The notes under the pieces are model-generated. The model saw nothing but the letters and a program-made list of their open reading frames with translations. It was not told where the DNA came from and made no database searches. The translations under genes and the position numbers were made by a program. A stretch of DNA of 64,000 nt from a bacterium (GTDB lineage Bacteria > Zhuqueibacterota > Zhuqueibacteria > Oceanimicrobiales > Oceanimicrobiaceae), in contig JBHHXN010000009.1 in NCBI GenBank assembly GCA_046757025.1, positions 5,738 through 69,737 on the forward strand, in the 5' to 3' direction. Below are positions 10,613 to 21,400 of this stretch, in pieces (position 1 is the first letter of the stretch; each line of letters opens with the position of its first letter).

Positions 10613-11659
10613 TTACAAGATTCGGCGCAGATCATTGAAGATAACGAAAACCATCAACGCTAACAAAAAGGCCATACCGATTTTTTGAACCGTGACTTTG
10701 GTTTTGATGGACAGCGGCTTTCTTCTAATACCTTCGATGAGTAAAAATACCAGATGTCCGCCATCCAGCACGGGAAATGGTAGCATGTTGAACATACCTA
10801 AATTCAGACTAATGAATGCTGTGAAAGCCAGCAGAGCTTGCATGCCCATTTTCGCGGTTTCGCCGGCCATTTTTGCGATAATTATGGGCCCGCCAATGGC
10901 GTCTTTCAGAGATTCTTTCCCGACCACGATCATTTTTAAAGAGTAAGCCACTAGTTTTACCAGGGTATAAGACCGGCTCAACCCATACTTGAAGGCCGCT
11001 ACCATCCCGAGCTCCTGATGTTCAAACCTCGGTGCGATGCCGATCAAACCAATATGGCTATTGGGCTGCCGTTCCGGCGTCACTTTACTCACATACTTTT
11101 GGTCGTCACGCAACCACTCGATTTCTACCTCAACTTCTGGTTTGTTGTGAATGATTTGCGTCAGCTCTGACCAGGTACTTACCGGTTGTCCATCAACCGC
11201 GGTGATGATATCCCCTGGCAGCAGACCGATGGTTTGCGCTGGTTTGTCTGGCATCAATTCGCCAACTTCCGTGGTACCAAGGGGCACATCCATACCGCTG
11301 TGATAAAATATCATCGAATAGATAAAAATTGCGGTGAGAATATTCATGATGGAACCGGCTGAAATGACGATGATTCTCTGCCAAACCGGCTTGGATTGAT
11401 ATTCCCAGGGCTCGCCGGTAATTTCGGCATCCAGACTTTCGTCCACCATGCCGGCCATTTTTACATACCCACCCAGGGGCAGCCAGGAAATGCAATAATC
11501 GGTTTCGCCGATTTTTTTACCCACCATACGCGGCGGGAATCCCAGAGAAAATCTTTCTACTCGAATTCCCACCAGTTTGGCAGTTAAAAAATGCCCCAAT
11601 TCGTGTACGAAAATTAATAGACCTAAAACAAAAATAAAGGACAAACCTGTGGTTAACAT
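10613..11659 (-). CDS. rseP: RIP metalloprotease RseP
   Basis: HELGH, PLGGYVKM, PDZ domain, NMLPFPVLDGGH. Confidence 0.96.
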   Translation of the reverse strand: MLTTGLSFIFVLGLLIFVHELGHFLTAKLVGIRVERFSLGFPPRMVGKKIGETDYCISWLPLGGYVKMAGMVDESLDAEITGEPWEYQSKPVWQRIIVISAGSIMNILTAIFIYSMIFYHSGMDVPLGTTEVGELMPDKPAQTIGLLPGDIITAVDGQPVSTWSELTQIIHNKPEVEVEIEWLRDDQKYVSKVTPERQPNSHIGLIGIAPRFEHQELGMVAAFKYGLSRSYTLVKLVAYSLKMIVVGKESLKDAIGGPIIIAKMAGETAKMGMQALLAFTAFISLNLGMFNMLPFPVLDGGHLVFLLIEGIRRKPLSIKTKVTVQKIGMAFLLALMVFVIFNDLRRIL

Positions 11660-11683
11660 TTAAACCTCTCAAATTATACTAAA

Positions 11684-12835
11684 TCAGTTACGATATTTAT
11701 TTCGGACATATTCCCTGGTGAATTGATCATAATTCAACATTTCTTCAACTTTATCTACGCTATTATACGAACAGTTGGTCAGGGCATCTTCAACAATTTG
11801 TGCAATTTGGTCAAAACGAATTTTTCGCTTTAAAAATAAATACACGGCTTCTTCATTGGCGGCGTTTAAAATGGCCGGTGCGGCGCCACCGGCTTTAAGA
11901 GCTTCATAGGAAAGCTTGAGACACAAAAATTTTTCTAAATTAGGTTTTTCGAATGTGAGCTCTTTGAGTTGTGAAAGATTGAGTCGGGGTAAATCCATGG
12001 GCAATCTTTCGGGGAAGGTTAAAGCATACTGAATAGGGATGCGCATATCCGGGATTCCAAGCTGCGCTTTGATGGCGCCATCCGTAAATTCCACCATGCT
12101 GTGAATGATCGATTGCGGGTGAATTACCACTTCGATTTTGCGCACATCCAAGTCGAACAGCCAGTGCGCTTCGATGACTTCTAACCCTTTGTTCATCAGC
12201 GTGGCCGAGTCGATGGTGATTTTCTCGCCCATTTCCCAATTGGGATGGTTCAGAGCCTGCTCCACCGTCACAGTGGAGAAATCATCATACGGACGGTCTC
12301 TAAATGGGCCGCCGGATGCGGTCAAAATGATGGAGCGAATGCTGTTCTCGTCTTCGCCGGTCAGGCACTGGAGAAGCGCACTGTGCTCGCTATCGATGGG
12401 CAGGATTTCGACACCCAACCTGCGTGCTTTTTCCACAACAAACTGCCCGCCGATCACCAGCGTTTCTTTGTTTGCCAGGGCGATACGGCGATTCTTTTGA
12501 ATGGCATTTAAAGTCGGTTGCAGACCGATGGCGCCCACCAGGGCATTGACAAGAACGTCGATATCCTCTCTGCGGCTGATCTCGATGATGCCTTCAAATC
12601 CCGGATATATTTCAACCCCGATCTGTTTGAATTTATCAAAATATTCCTGATGCGCCTCTTCTTTGAAAATAGCCACTGCTTTCGGGCGAAATTTTTTCGC
12701 CTGCTCAAACAAGAGGGCAATATTTTGGTAGGCCGTCAGGTATTGAACTTCAAATTGTTGGGATTGCGATTCAATGACGTGCAAGCAATTGGTGCCAATT
12801 GAACCGGTGGAACCCAGAATGCTGACTTTTTTCAT
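11684..12835 (-). CDS. dxr: 1-deoxy-D-xylulose-5-phosphate reductoisomerase
   Basis: LGSTGSIG, LANKE, PIDSEH, LTASGGPF, HPNWEMG, NKGLEVIEA. Confidence 0.98.
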   Translation of the reverse strand: MKKVSILGSTGSIGTNCLHVIESQSQQFEVQYLTAYQNIALLFEQAKKFRPKAVAIFKEEAHQEYFDKFKQIGVEIYPGFEGIIEISRREDIDVLVNALVGAIGLQPTLNAIQKNRRIALANKETLVIGGQFVVEKARRLGVEILPIDSEHSALLQCLTGEDENSIRSIILTASGGPFRDRPYDDFSTVTVEQALNHPNWEMGEKITIDSATLMNKGLEVIEAHWLFDLDVRKIEVVIHPQSIIHSMVEFTDGAIKAQLGIPDMRIPIQYALTFPERLPMDLPRLNLSQLKELTFEKPNLEKFLCLKLSYEALKAGGAAPAILNAANEEAVYLFLKRKIRFDQIAQIVEDALTNCSYNSVDKVEEMLNYDQFTREYVRNKYRN

Positions 12836-12856
12836 TTAATTGCTACGACCATAAAA

Positions 12857-13678
12857 TTATCGAAAGCTGATCCCGATTCCCAAAGCAAAGCTGTTAAATT
12901 CACTGATGTTGTAAGAGCCGTTTACGTGAACCAGCGGTAGAATACTCATATTGGCACCGATTGTGAGGTGCGTGACATTTTCCGTGAAACTCTTGCCGTT
13001 TAAAAATTCGTCATTCAATGTAAGTCGGGTGATGTCTATTCCGCCGCCCACATAAAGCGTTAACAGCGGTAGAGATTGACTGGCAACGGCTTTTAAACTA
13101 AAAGTACTCACCGTGCCGAAATCGAATTCTTCAGGGACGAACAAAGCGTGATAGGCGCCCATGAGCGTAATTTTGGGCAGGGCAGGCATTTGCAAAAGTC
13201 CGTATTTTAAACCGCCGCCGATCAAGGTGACTCCGCCGCGGCTGTCGGCCGCTCTCGGCGGGCTCGCATCAATTTTTGCGCTGCTGCCAATGGGCAGGTA
13301 GAAAAATCGACCCATCACTTCGAAATTACCCGGCAGACCCAGACTGCCGTGTAAAAATGCCAGGCCGACTAAATCTTCTTCGGAAAACACCGGCAGACTG
13401 GCGAAATCGCCTTCCTTAAATTTATCCGGCACCATGGCCAGCACGCCACGCAATCCTACATCCACGCCGCCTACGCTGTGCAAATCGGCTGTGTGAAAAA
13501 GTCCGCCCCCCACAATGGAGCCAAAAAACTTGAGAATGGCCTCGACTTCCAGCTCAATTTGATCTGTGGTCAAGCTGGTAGTTGAATCTTTAAATTTAAA
13601 ATATTGTGCCTGGGCATTGCTTATGGATAAAACGGTGAACACAGTGACAACAACTAAAAAAGTTAATTTTTTTGTCAT
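12857..13678 (-). CDS. Predicted outer-membrane beta-barrel protein (possibly DUF6588-like)
   Basis: Signal peptide ending AQA, amphipathic beta strands, C-terminal LGIGISFR; the family name is tentative. Confidence 0.55.
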   Translation of the reverse strand: MTKKLTFLVVVTVFTVLSISNAQAQYFKFKDSTTSLTTDQIELEVEAILKFFGSIVGGGLFHTADLHSVGGVDVGLRGVLAMVPDKFKEGDFASLPVFSEEDLVGLAFLHGSLGLPGNFEVMGRFFYLPIGSSAKIDASPPRAADSRGGVTLIGGGLKYGLLQMPALPKITLMGAYHALFVPEEFDFGTVSTFSLKAVASQSLPLLTLYVGGGIDITRLTLNDEFLNGKSFTENVTHLTIGANMSILPLVHVNGSYNISEFNSFALGIGISFR

Positions 13679-14496
13679 GGCTTCCTCCTGAAATCAATGA
13701 AGTTCGATTTCATCAATTCGATCTGTTTTTGTTCATCTGAATTCAAAGGTTTTTCAACAAGATTTACGCAAAAATATTTTTCAAATCCCCATCGCAATTT
13801 GGGTACCAGTGATTCGTAACGAACTTTCTGTTTTAGGATAGTTTCAATACAAACGGTTTTCTTTCGCAATTGTTCCCGGTGTTTTAACGCCTCTCCGTTA
13901 TTGTTTGATGACAAATATTCAAATATTTTCAAATGGTCATTCCCAAGCAAAATAGAGCCGTGCTGAAGAACAGCAGAGTCAAATCTTCGCTGAGCGCTGC
14001 CGACCAATTTTTGGGCCTGCCACTGAATTTCATATTTTGCTGAAGTCGCAAAACAGGCAAATTTGTGGTTGTAATTTGCAAAGGCGGGATCCGAATGGAT
14101 TCTACTTTGCAAATCCACCGGCAGTCCGATCTGCCGTAAGCCCGAAACCAGGGCGAGGCTTATTTTATTATACAGTTCAATGGAATTATTTGCAAATAAT
14201 GGGCTCTGTTTGGGAATGACCACACAGTAAGTAAGCTCGTGAGCGTGAAATATGGCTCGTCCACCAGTGGGTCTCTTAACGACCTCAATTCCGTCCTTTT
14301 GACATTTCGCGAGGTCGATTTCCTCCGGCCTCTGGTTGTACCCCACTGAAATGGCATACGGTTGCCAGCGATAGACACGTAAAACTGGCCACCTTTGAGC
14401 GGTTTTTGCCAATACTACGTCGGCGGCCATATTAAAGGCTGCGTTCGCCGAACCGCTGTCAATAAAGCGCCAACTATTTTCTGTTCGTGTTTGCAA
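13675..14496 (-). CDS. Lipoate-protein ligase / octanoyltransferase (LipM/LplA family)
   Basis: NMAAD, LRVYRW, KRPTGGRAIFH, KLVGSAQ, LQHGSI. Confidence 0.9.
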   Translation of the reverse strand: MQTRTENSWRFIDSGSANAAFNMAADVVLAKTAQRWPVLRVYRWQPYAISVGYNQRPEEIDLAKCQKDGIEVVKRPTGGRAIFHAHELTYCVVIPKQSPLFANNSIELYNKISLALVSGLRQIGLPVDLQSRIHSDPAFANYNHKFACFATSAKYEIQWQAQKLVGSAQRRFDSAVLQHGSILLGNDHLKIFEYLSSNNNGEALKHREQLRKKTVCIETILKQKVRYESLVPKLRWGFEKYFCVNLVEKPLNSDEQKQIELMKSNFIDFRRKP

Positions 14497-14529
14497 TAAA
14501 CTAACGTTTGGTATTCATTGAGCGGAGTT

Positions 14530-15024
14530 CTAATCGCGATCGACGATGGCTGCAGAAAGTTCAGCTTCACACACCAGCTCGTTTCCTACAAAGGCTTTGC
14601 CGCTCATTTTACATAAGGACAAACGAAATTTGAGCAGGTCCATTTCCATGCGAAGCTGGTCGCCGGGGCGCACCGGTTTTCTGAATTTCACTTTGTCGAT
14701 GCCGGTAAAATAGGCCAATTTATCCGCCGTATCTTGCTGTGAGCTTAAAAGCATGAGGCCGCCGGTCTGGGCCATGGCTTCCAGAATCAGTACCCCAGGC
14801 ATAACCGGATGACCGGGAAAATGCCCCGGGAAAAAGGGTTCATTCAGCGTGACGTTTTTGATGCCGACCACGCGCTTCATGGGTTCAAGTTCAATGACTT
14901 TGTCAACCAGCAAAAACGGGTATCGGTGAGGCAGTATTTTTTGAATGGCGGTCGTGTCCAGCTCTCCGGTCGATCCTAATGAATTGTTCAGATTCGGCTC
15001 TTTTGCGTCTGGTTGATTTTGCAT
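14530..15024 (-). CDS. fabZ: 3-hydroxyacyl-ACP dehydratase FabZ
   Basis: ILPHRYPFLLVD, GHFPGHPVMPGVLILEAMAQ, FRKPVRPGD; GGAGG SD. Confidence 0.96.
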   Translation of the reverse strand: MQNQPDAKEPNLNNSLGSTGELDTTAIQKILPHRYPFLLVDKVIELEPMKRVVGIKNVTLNEPFFPGHFPGHPVMPGVLILEAMAQTGGLMLLSSQQDTADKLAYFTGIDKVKFRKPVRPGDQLRMEMDLLKFRLSLCKMSGKAFVGNELVCEAELSAAIVDRD

Positions 15025-15444
15025 GCTTCCTCCGTAAATCTTTTTGATAATTCTGGTGAACTCACAATTTGACCAGCTTAAATATACAAACTTGTTCCTT
15101 CTTAGTAAACTAAATTTTAATTATGTCTTTGAATTTATTAAAAAAGTAGCGGCACTGGAAATCCGCACCCCTTGAATCGGAGGGAAAGAAAATGGAAAAA
15201 TTTATAAATAAAATTAGGACAGGTTAATGATAATGGGACTAAATGCGTAAATCCAGAAGAAGAAGCTCTCCAATTTTGGGATTAACGGTTGTTTTCTATT
15301 CGTTTTTGGCGTGATTGTTTAAAGATGGCTGCAAGAAATGTACACGACTATCCCCTCATCCTCTCTAATGGTAGATAGGAATCAGGCGCCATTCGATATC
15401 TTTTTTTCGAACAGCGCCTAAATGACTTTTCCATCAATAGACCA

Positions 15445-16011
15445 TCAATTGCCGGTGGCGCCGGATTTTGCCGGCAAACCTTTGTTTAATTCTTCAAGCA
15501 ACTTTTGGGTCAGGTCGGGTTGATCTTCAGATGCATAAAGGATATTGCCTGCAACCACATCGAAAATATAATGATAACCCTCGGCTTCACCGATTTTTTT
15601 GATGGCTTTGTTGATTTTGTCGTAAACGGGTTGAATCAATTCCACTTCTTTTTTCACCGCCTCGCCTTGCTGGCCCCACTTTTCGTTCAAAAATTGTTGA
15701 TAGCGAATATATATGTTTTGAATTTCCTGTGCTTTTTCCTGTTTTTTTTCTTCACTCAGAAGCAAACTTTGAGCTTCTAACTGCTCCTGTTTCTCCTGAA
15801 TTTCTGTTTGCATATCTTTCGCTTCGCGTTCCCACTGCGTGTTGATTTCTTTGAGTTTATTTTTCACATCAATCGCTTCTTGATACACTTCTAAAATTTT
15901 GTTGGAATTGATATAACCAATTTTTAATTGCGCCATAGCCGATTTGATCCCCGACGAAAAAGTCAAGAGTAAAGCAGCAATTATTAAATAAACTAATCTT
16001 ACGCTTTTCAC
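15445..16011 (-). CDS. skp: Periplasmic chaperone Skp/OmpH
   Basis: Signal peptide, KIGYIN, long coiled coil, GYHYIFD..ILYA..DLT; directly after bamA. Confidence 0.92.
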   Translation of the reverse strand: MKSVRLVYLIIAALLLTFSSGIKSAMAQLKIGYINSNKILEVYQEAIDVKNKLKEINTQWEREAKDMQTEIQEKQEQLEAQSLLLSEEKKQEKAQEIQNIYIRYQQFLNEKWGQQGEAVKKEVELIQPVYDKINKAIKKIGEAEGYHYIFDVVAGNILYASEDQPDLTQKLLEELNKGLPAKSGATGN

Positions 16012-16047
16012 GCATACCTCCTTTAATTATGGATAATTAAAAGTAAA

Positions 16048-18381
16048 TTAAAAACTTCTACCAAATACAAAATGTGGTTTCCACTGACCAAATTTAGCGC
16101 CGGTATCCGGATCGATGTTGTCGAATCCGTAGGCATAGTCGAACCCCAAAATGCCGAGCATGGGCATGAAGATGCGCACGCCGATGCCCACTGAACGACG
16201 CAAATCAAACAAATCAGTTTTATTGAGGCTTTCCCAGGTGTTGCCGGCTTCGGCAAAAACCAATCCAAAAATGGTTGGATTGGGTGATATGGGAAATCGA
16301 ATTTCGGTGCTGTACTTGAACATCACTTTGCCGCCGGATTCGGTGACAATTCCGGATAAAGGATCGTCGTAACCGCGCAATGGGATTGATCGGGAGAGTC
16401 CTTCTCCACCCATAAAGAAAAATTCAAGAAATGGAATGTTGTCGGCGTCGTTGCCAAAGCCTTCAATGTAGCCCGCCTGAAAGCTGTTGAATAAAACGAA
16501 GTTTAAGAATATGGGCGAAAACCATTCGTTTTGTAAAATGTGTTTATGAAAATTTACCGTTCCTCCCAGGGGGCCGCCGGATAGTTCTGTTGAAATGGAA
16601 AAACGCGAACCCATGGTCGGGAATTCAGGGCGGTCCAAACTGTTGCGCGTGATGATTTGGGTAATACTGCTGGTGGTCAGCGGCCATTTTTGTGTCACAA
16701 TGCCGCTGGGATTGAATTCTTTGATACGTTCGCTAAAGTTAGAGAGGTCTGTACGGTCGATGCGATAAATCCAGTCGGTTCGGAAAAAGTTGTCGGGCCA
16801 TCGCATTCGCCGGCCCAAACGCACGGTACCGCCCTGACTTCGCTGATCGTAGCCGGTGAAGCGCCGGTCTCTTTTGGTGTCAAACAAACTGATTCCGACC
16901 AAAGTGGGTGTGTCCCGGAACCAGGGTTCGGTAAAACTAATTTGAAACGATCGGAAGGCGCGACCAAAATTCCAGTCGAAACTGAGGATTTGACCGTTAC
17001 CGAAAAAATTGTTCATGGTTACCCCAATGCTGCCGATCAATTTATCTCGCTCACTAAAACCGGCCGACATGTTGGCGGTGTCGGTGGATTTTTCTTCCAC
17101 TTCCAGCAGGATATCCACCAAATCTTCGCTGATCGGTTGTACATCGGGTTTGACATCTGCAAAATAATTTAAGATAAAAATATCCCGCTGGCTGCGTATG
17201 AGCGCTTCACGACTGAAGGTGTCTCCGGGTCGGATTCTCAGTTCACGCCGGATGACTTTTTCTTTGGTTTTGGTGTTGCCGGCGATATAAATTTTGTTGA
17301 TTTTTACGGCATTGCCTTCGATAACTCTAAAGTGAATGTTGACCGTATCCAAGGAGACCGGATTTTCCTGCGGAGTGATGGAGGCATAAATGTAACCGGC
17401 GTCGTAATAAAGACTGCCAATGCGTTCGAAAACGGCTTTGTCAATTTTTTCTCTGTTATAAACATCCCCGCGTTGAAAATCCAGAATACTCTTGAGCTGA
17501 TCATCGGTGTAGAGCTCGTTGCCTTCCCAGCTAATATCGCCAAAGTAATATCTTGTGCCTTCATGGACCCACACTTTGATGAACATGTCTTTTTTTTCAG
17601 GGCCATAAAAAATGGAATCCTTCACCACTTCGGCATCTCGAAATCCCTCTTTGCGATAGAATTTCACCAGATTTTTCAAATCTTCCTGATATTTGTCCCG
17701 GTCGAAATCGCCGCCGCCAAAAAATAAAAATCCATTTTCTTTGGTGTCTTTGAATTGTTTACGCAGTTTTTTGTCTTTAAAGGATTTATTGCCTTCAAAT
17801 GTGATGCCTTCAATTTTAACTTTGTTGCCTTCTTTAATTTTCAGTCGCAGAATGATTTTACCGTCGGTCTCGCTATCTCGAACTTTGGGCTCGACTTTGG
17901 ATAAAAGATAGCCTTTCCCTTCATATAATTTTTTAACTTTTCTCTGGGCTTTTTTGATCTCTTGGGGACCGATTAACTGGCCTTTGTAGAAATTCAGCTC
18001 TTTCTGCAGATCCTTCTTTTTTATCTTTTTATTGCCTTCTAACTCGATTTTTTCCAGTCGGGGATATTCTTTTACGTGAATGGTCAAATAAACCGACTGA
18101 CCGACTTCTTTGTCCAGAGTGATTTGAATATCTGAAAACATATTCAAACTCCAGAGCTGTTTAATGGCCTTCTGGATATCTTCTCCCGAAATTTGCTCGT
18201 TAACGGCCAATCCAGAATTTAATTTAATGAAATTGGCATCGGCAGTGGTGTTCCCTTGAACGGATAAACTGATCAATTTTAAGGTTTTTCTGGCTGATAT
18301 TTGTGAAATAGAGTTGGGTGTATTGACAGCAAAAATTAATATCACCAGTAACAGTATTTTACTTCTAAATGAATTCAACAT
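16048..18381 (-). CDS. bamA: Outer membrane protein assembly factor BamA
   Basis: POTRA repeats (GNTKTKEKVIRREL), LRGY motif, C-terminal FVFGRSF; probable ATG at 18381. Confidence 0.96.
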   Translation of the reverse strand: MLNSFRSKILLLVILIFAVNTPNSISQISARKTLKLISLSVQGNTTADANFIKLNSGLAVNEQISGEDIQKAIKQLWSLNMFSDIQITLDKEVGQSVYLTIHVKEYPRLEKIELEGNKKIKKKDLQKELNFYKGQLIGPQEIKKAQRKVKKLYEGKGYLLSKVEPKVRDSETDGKIILRLKIKEGNKVKIEGITFEGNKSFKDKKLRKQFKDTKENGFLFFGGGDFDRDKYQEDLKNLVKFYRKEGFRDAEVVKDSIFYGPEKKDMFIKVWVHEGTRYYFGDISWEGNELYTDDQLKSILDFQRGDVYNREKIDKAVFERIGSLYYDAGYIYASITPQENPVSLDTVNIHFRVIEGNAVKINKIYIAGNTKTKEKVIRRELRIRPGDTFSREALIRSQRDIFILNYFADVKPDVQPISEDLVDILLEVEEKSTDTANMSAGFSERDKLIGSIGVTMNNFFGNGQILSFDWNFGRAFRSFQISFTEPWFRDTPTLVGISLFDTKRDRRFTGYDQRSQGGTVRLGRRMRWPDNFFRTDWIYRIDRTDLSNFSERIKEFNPSGIVTQKWPLTTSSITQIITRNSLDRPEFPTMGSRFSISTELSGGPLGGTVNFHKHILQNEWFSPIFLNFVLFNSFQAGYIEGFGNDADNIPFLEFFFMGGEGLSRSIPLRGYDDPLSGIVTESGGKVMFKYSTEIRFPISPNPTIFGLVFAEAGNTWESLNKTDLFDLRRSVGIGVRIFMPMLGILGFDYAYGFDNIDPDTGAKFGQWKPHFVFGRSF

Positions 18382-18491
18382 CGAACTGCTCCCAAGCAAT
18401 TTTACAACACTTACTATTGTAGAGTACTGTTTTTGGATTTAACAAACCTACTTACCTTGAAAGGCTTGCAAAAGTTCATTTTATTTTGCGG

Positions 18492-21400
18492 CTAAAATGG
18501 AAATGAATGTCTTAGCCAGATTTTCTTGTCATCTTTACGAGTCTCTAAGAGCGAATTATAATCATACTCCATTTGCAGCAGCAAGCCCGAATTTAATCGA
18601 TATTCAAGACCCAGGATATGTTGCAACCCAACCCCTTTATCCTGAAACTGATAATCGATACCGGCTTTCAGTTCGCCACTGTAGAGAAAATAGATGTCAT
18701 CGGTGAGATACTTTCCTAATACCAATCGACTGCTTCTCAGAAGAGCTAAAGAAGAACTTAATTCTTCATTGTTAAAATTGGCGTCGAGAAAATTCCGCGT
18801 AATGGCATAACTGAATCGCACCACATCCAGGCCTAATTTTCGTTCCAGCTCTCTTTCCAAAGGCCGCATGAGTGGCCGAAAGATCAGCTTGTCGGTGCTG
18901 TATCCCACGGCTTTCTTAGCCTTTTCGTCCACCGTTTCCGACGAATACCCCAGGGCGGCCATGATCTCTCCTTGCGTTTCGTTGTAGCCGGGAAATTCAG
19001 ACGAAAGTTTAATGTTCAATCTGTCCCAGCGTCCCTTTTTTACTTCCTGGTTGGTGACGTCATCGACGGAGTAAAGCGTCAGGTAAACATCACTGGGGAC
19101 ATTTGCCGAATCTCTCACTACGGTCCAGGCTTTGCCGGAAACGATAGGGAAAAGCGAAGTCTGATTAAACTCTGCTCCGAATTTTTCGACTCTGAAATTG
19201 AGATCGATGTATTCAAATTCGCCTCTGGTGGATTGGACTTTGCCGGCAATCTTAAAGGTCGAATCTTTGAGGATGCCGTTGAATTCAAGCCAACTATTAT
19301 CATTATCAATGTCCATATTGACGTAAATGCCCGTGGTGAACTCTTTGACGTAACGCGTGTCTTTGGATGAGAGCGCTCGTACATCCCAGTTGATGTTGTT
19401 CAGGATGTTCAAAACGATTTCATTGCCATCGTTGGCCCCTTCATCAAACGGGAACATTAAATTCGCATCCTGAACGCGGATTTCTCCGCGAATATTGGGA
19501 CGCAGCCAGGGGCCTGCGATAAAAAATTGCTCCCCAGGTGAGCGACCGGAAAAAGAATACCAGCCAATCTCGCCAGTTTCCATCAATCCTGGTATGTTGA
19601 GTGGAATGCCGCGCCTTGAAGTCTGAATGATTAATGCCCCCAGATTTAAGTCGTTTCCACCTATGCGGAGAGGCTCATAAACTCCGTGATTTAGCCCTTC
19701 CATGACATTGGTGTTTGTGATGGATACAGACTCTCCCTTGATAGTGCCCTTTAGTGTTTTGATATGTAATAAATAATCATCGGGCAGCACCTCCAGGTCT
19801 GCTGCCAAGTTCTCCACGCGATTGATGACAGAAGTGAGCTTTAAGGCACCGTTGTTCAGGGTGAGTTTACTACCCGAAAAATTTGGGGTTTTGTAGTGTC
19901 CGCTTAATCGGAGGTCTAAATGACCGTTACTGCGGGTTTCTTCGAAAAATTTTTGCATGTCGGAAAGCAGCACCAGAAAATTGCCATCGCCGGACATTTC
20001 TACATTTAACAGCGGCTGATTTCTCAAAGGTAGCTGACCGCTTCCTTCCATCCTAAAAGCGCCGTCCCGAGTGAAAACGGTATGCCCGATATTCAGAACA
20101 TTTCTGGAAAAAAAGGAGCCATTGGGTTGATTGGACGTGCCAAAATCCCAAATGATTTCATCGAAATCAAACATGAGAATGCCAGCGTTGTGAATCTGGA
20201 TGTCTCCGAAAATGGGAACCTCTGGCAGTATTCCATCGAATGAAATTTGAACCATGGCTTTTCCACGAACATGGCCTTCGGAGCCGGTAAGAATTTTCAC
20301 AATCTGACTTACGTCGAGATTGGTTCCGGCAACGGTACCTTTTATTTTCTTGCTTTCGAAATCATAATGCCCTTCTGCCAAAATGTTGGCGGACTCTGCT
20401 CGATCGACGCTCAATTTTTTGATGATTATATTGTTGTTGTCTGCTACAAAATCCAATTCGGATTTGTAAGGACCGACCTTTCGAATAAAACCGTCCATTA
20501 ACCAGAAATTACCCAGATATTGCGTGCTTCCAGAATCGTCGTTTACGTTGATTCGGCCGTATAAATTGCCTTCATATTTTTCAGCTTCTCCTCCTAACAA
20601 ATCAAACAGGAGGGAGAGATCCAATCCCGATATAGCTAACCGTCCGTTTCGGGGGGTGTAGTTGTTTTTTGAGATATTCAGATTGCCTTTTAACCATTGA
20701 CCCAGATACAAATTTTTTAATTGAACTTCCTTGCCTGAATAAACTAATTCAAATTCACCTTTGATATTTTTCTCCGAATTTGGGTAAAGCAGGATATCGC
20801 CCAATACCCAATTTTCAGAGTGTTTGGAAAGGGTGTCGGTTTCAATGTGAAATAAATTTTCATAATTATCCTGTCTGTAACCATCGATGGCGAAAAAGGG
20901 ATTTGAGGACGAATTTTCTGCAAATAAATTCAGGCTGTATCGCTTGCGGATAAAATTTAAAATGGGATTGTTGACGAAGATGAACAGCTTTTCAAATTTG
21001 GTTGCCTGCAGGCTGAACTGAGGAGAATTGAAAACGTCGTCGGCTGAAATGGTGAGATGGAATTCGCCGTCATCAGAACCTGCGTTGAGCGCTAAACGCT
21101 GCTGGTTGTAAATGAAAGTTCCTTGTAAGGCTAAAGAGGGCGCTTTATGTCGGACAAAAGTCAAACCAAAATTGCCCCGGCTAACTGGTGCGCTCAAAGG
21201 CCCCAGTACAATGATTTCCGATTCACCATAACAGCTATCGGCTGAGCTCAAACCGATCTTGTGCAAATCGTTGGTAAAATCCCCGGTTATGTTGAGTTTG
21301 AAATCGATTAATTTGTCAGCAGAATTAAAATCGATGTTGCCGAGACCAGTAAATTTTGCGCTGTCCACGTTTCCTGAAATGAGCGGGAAATTCAGTTTGG

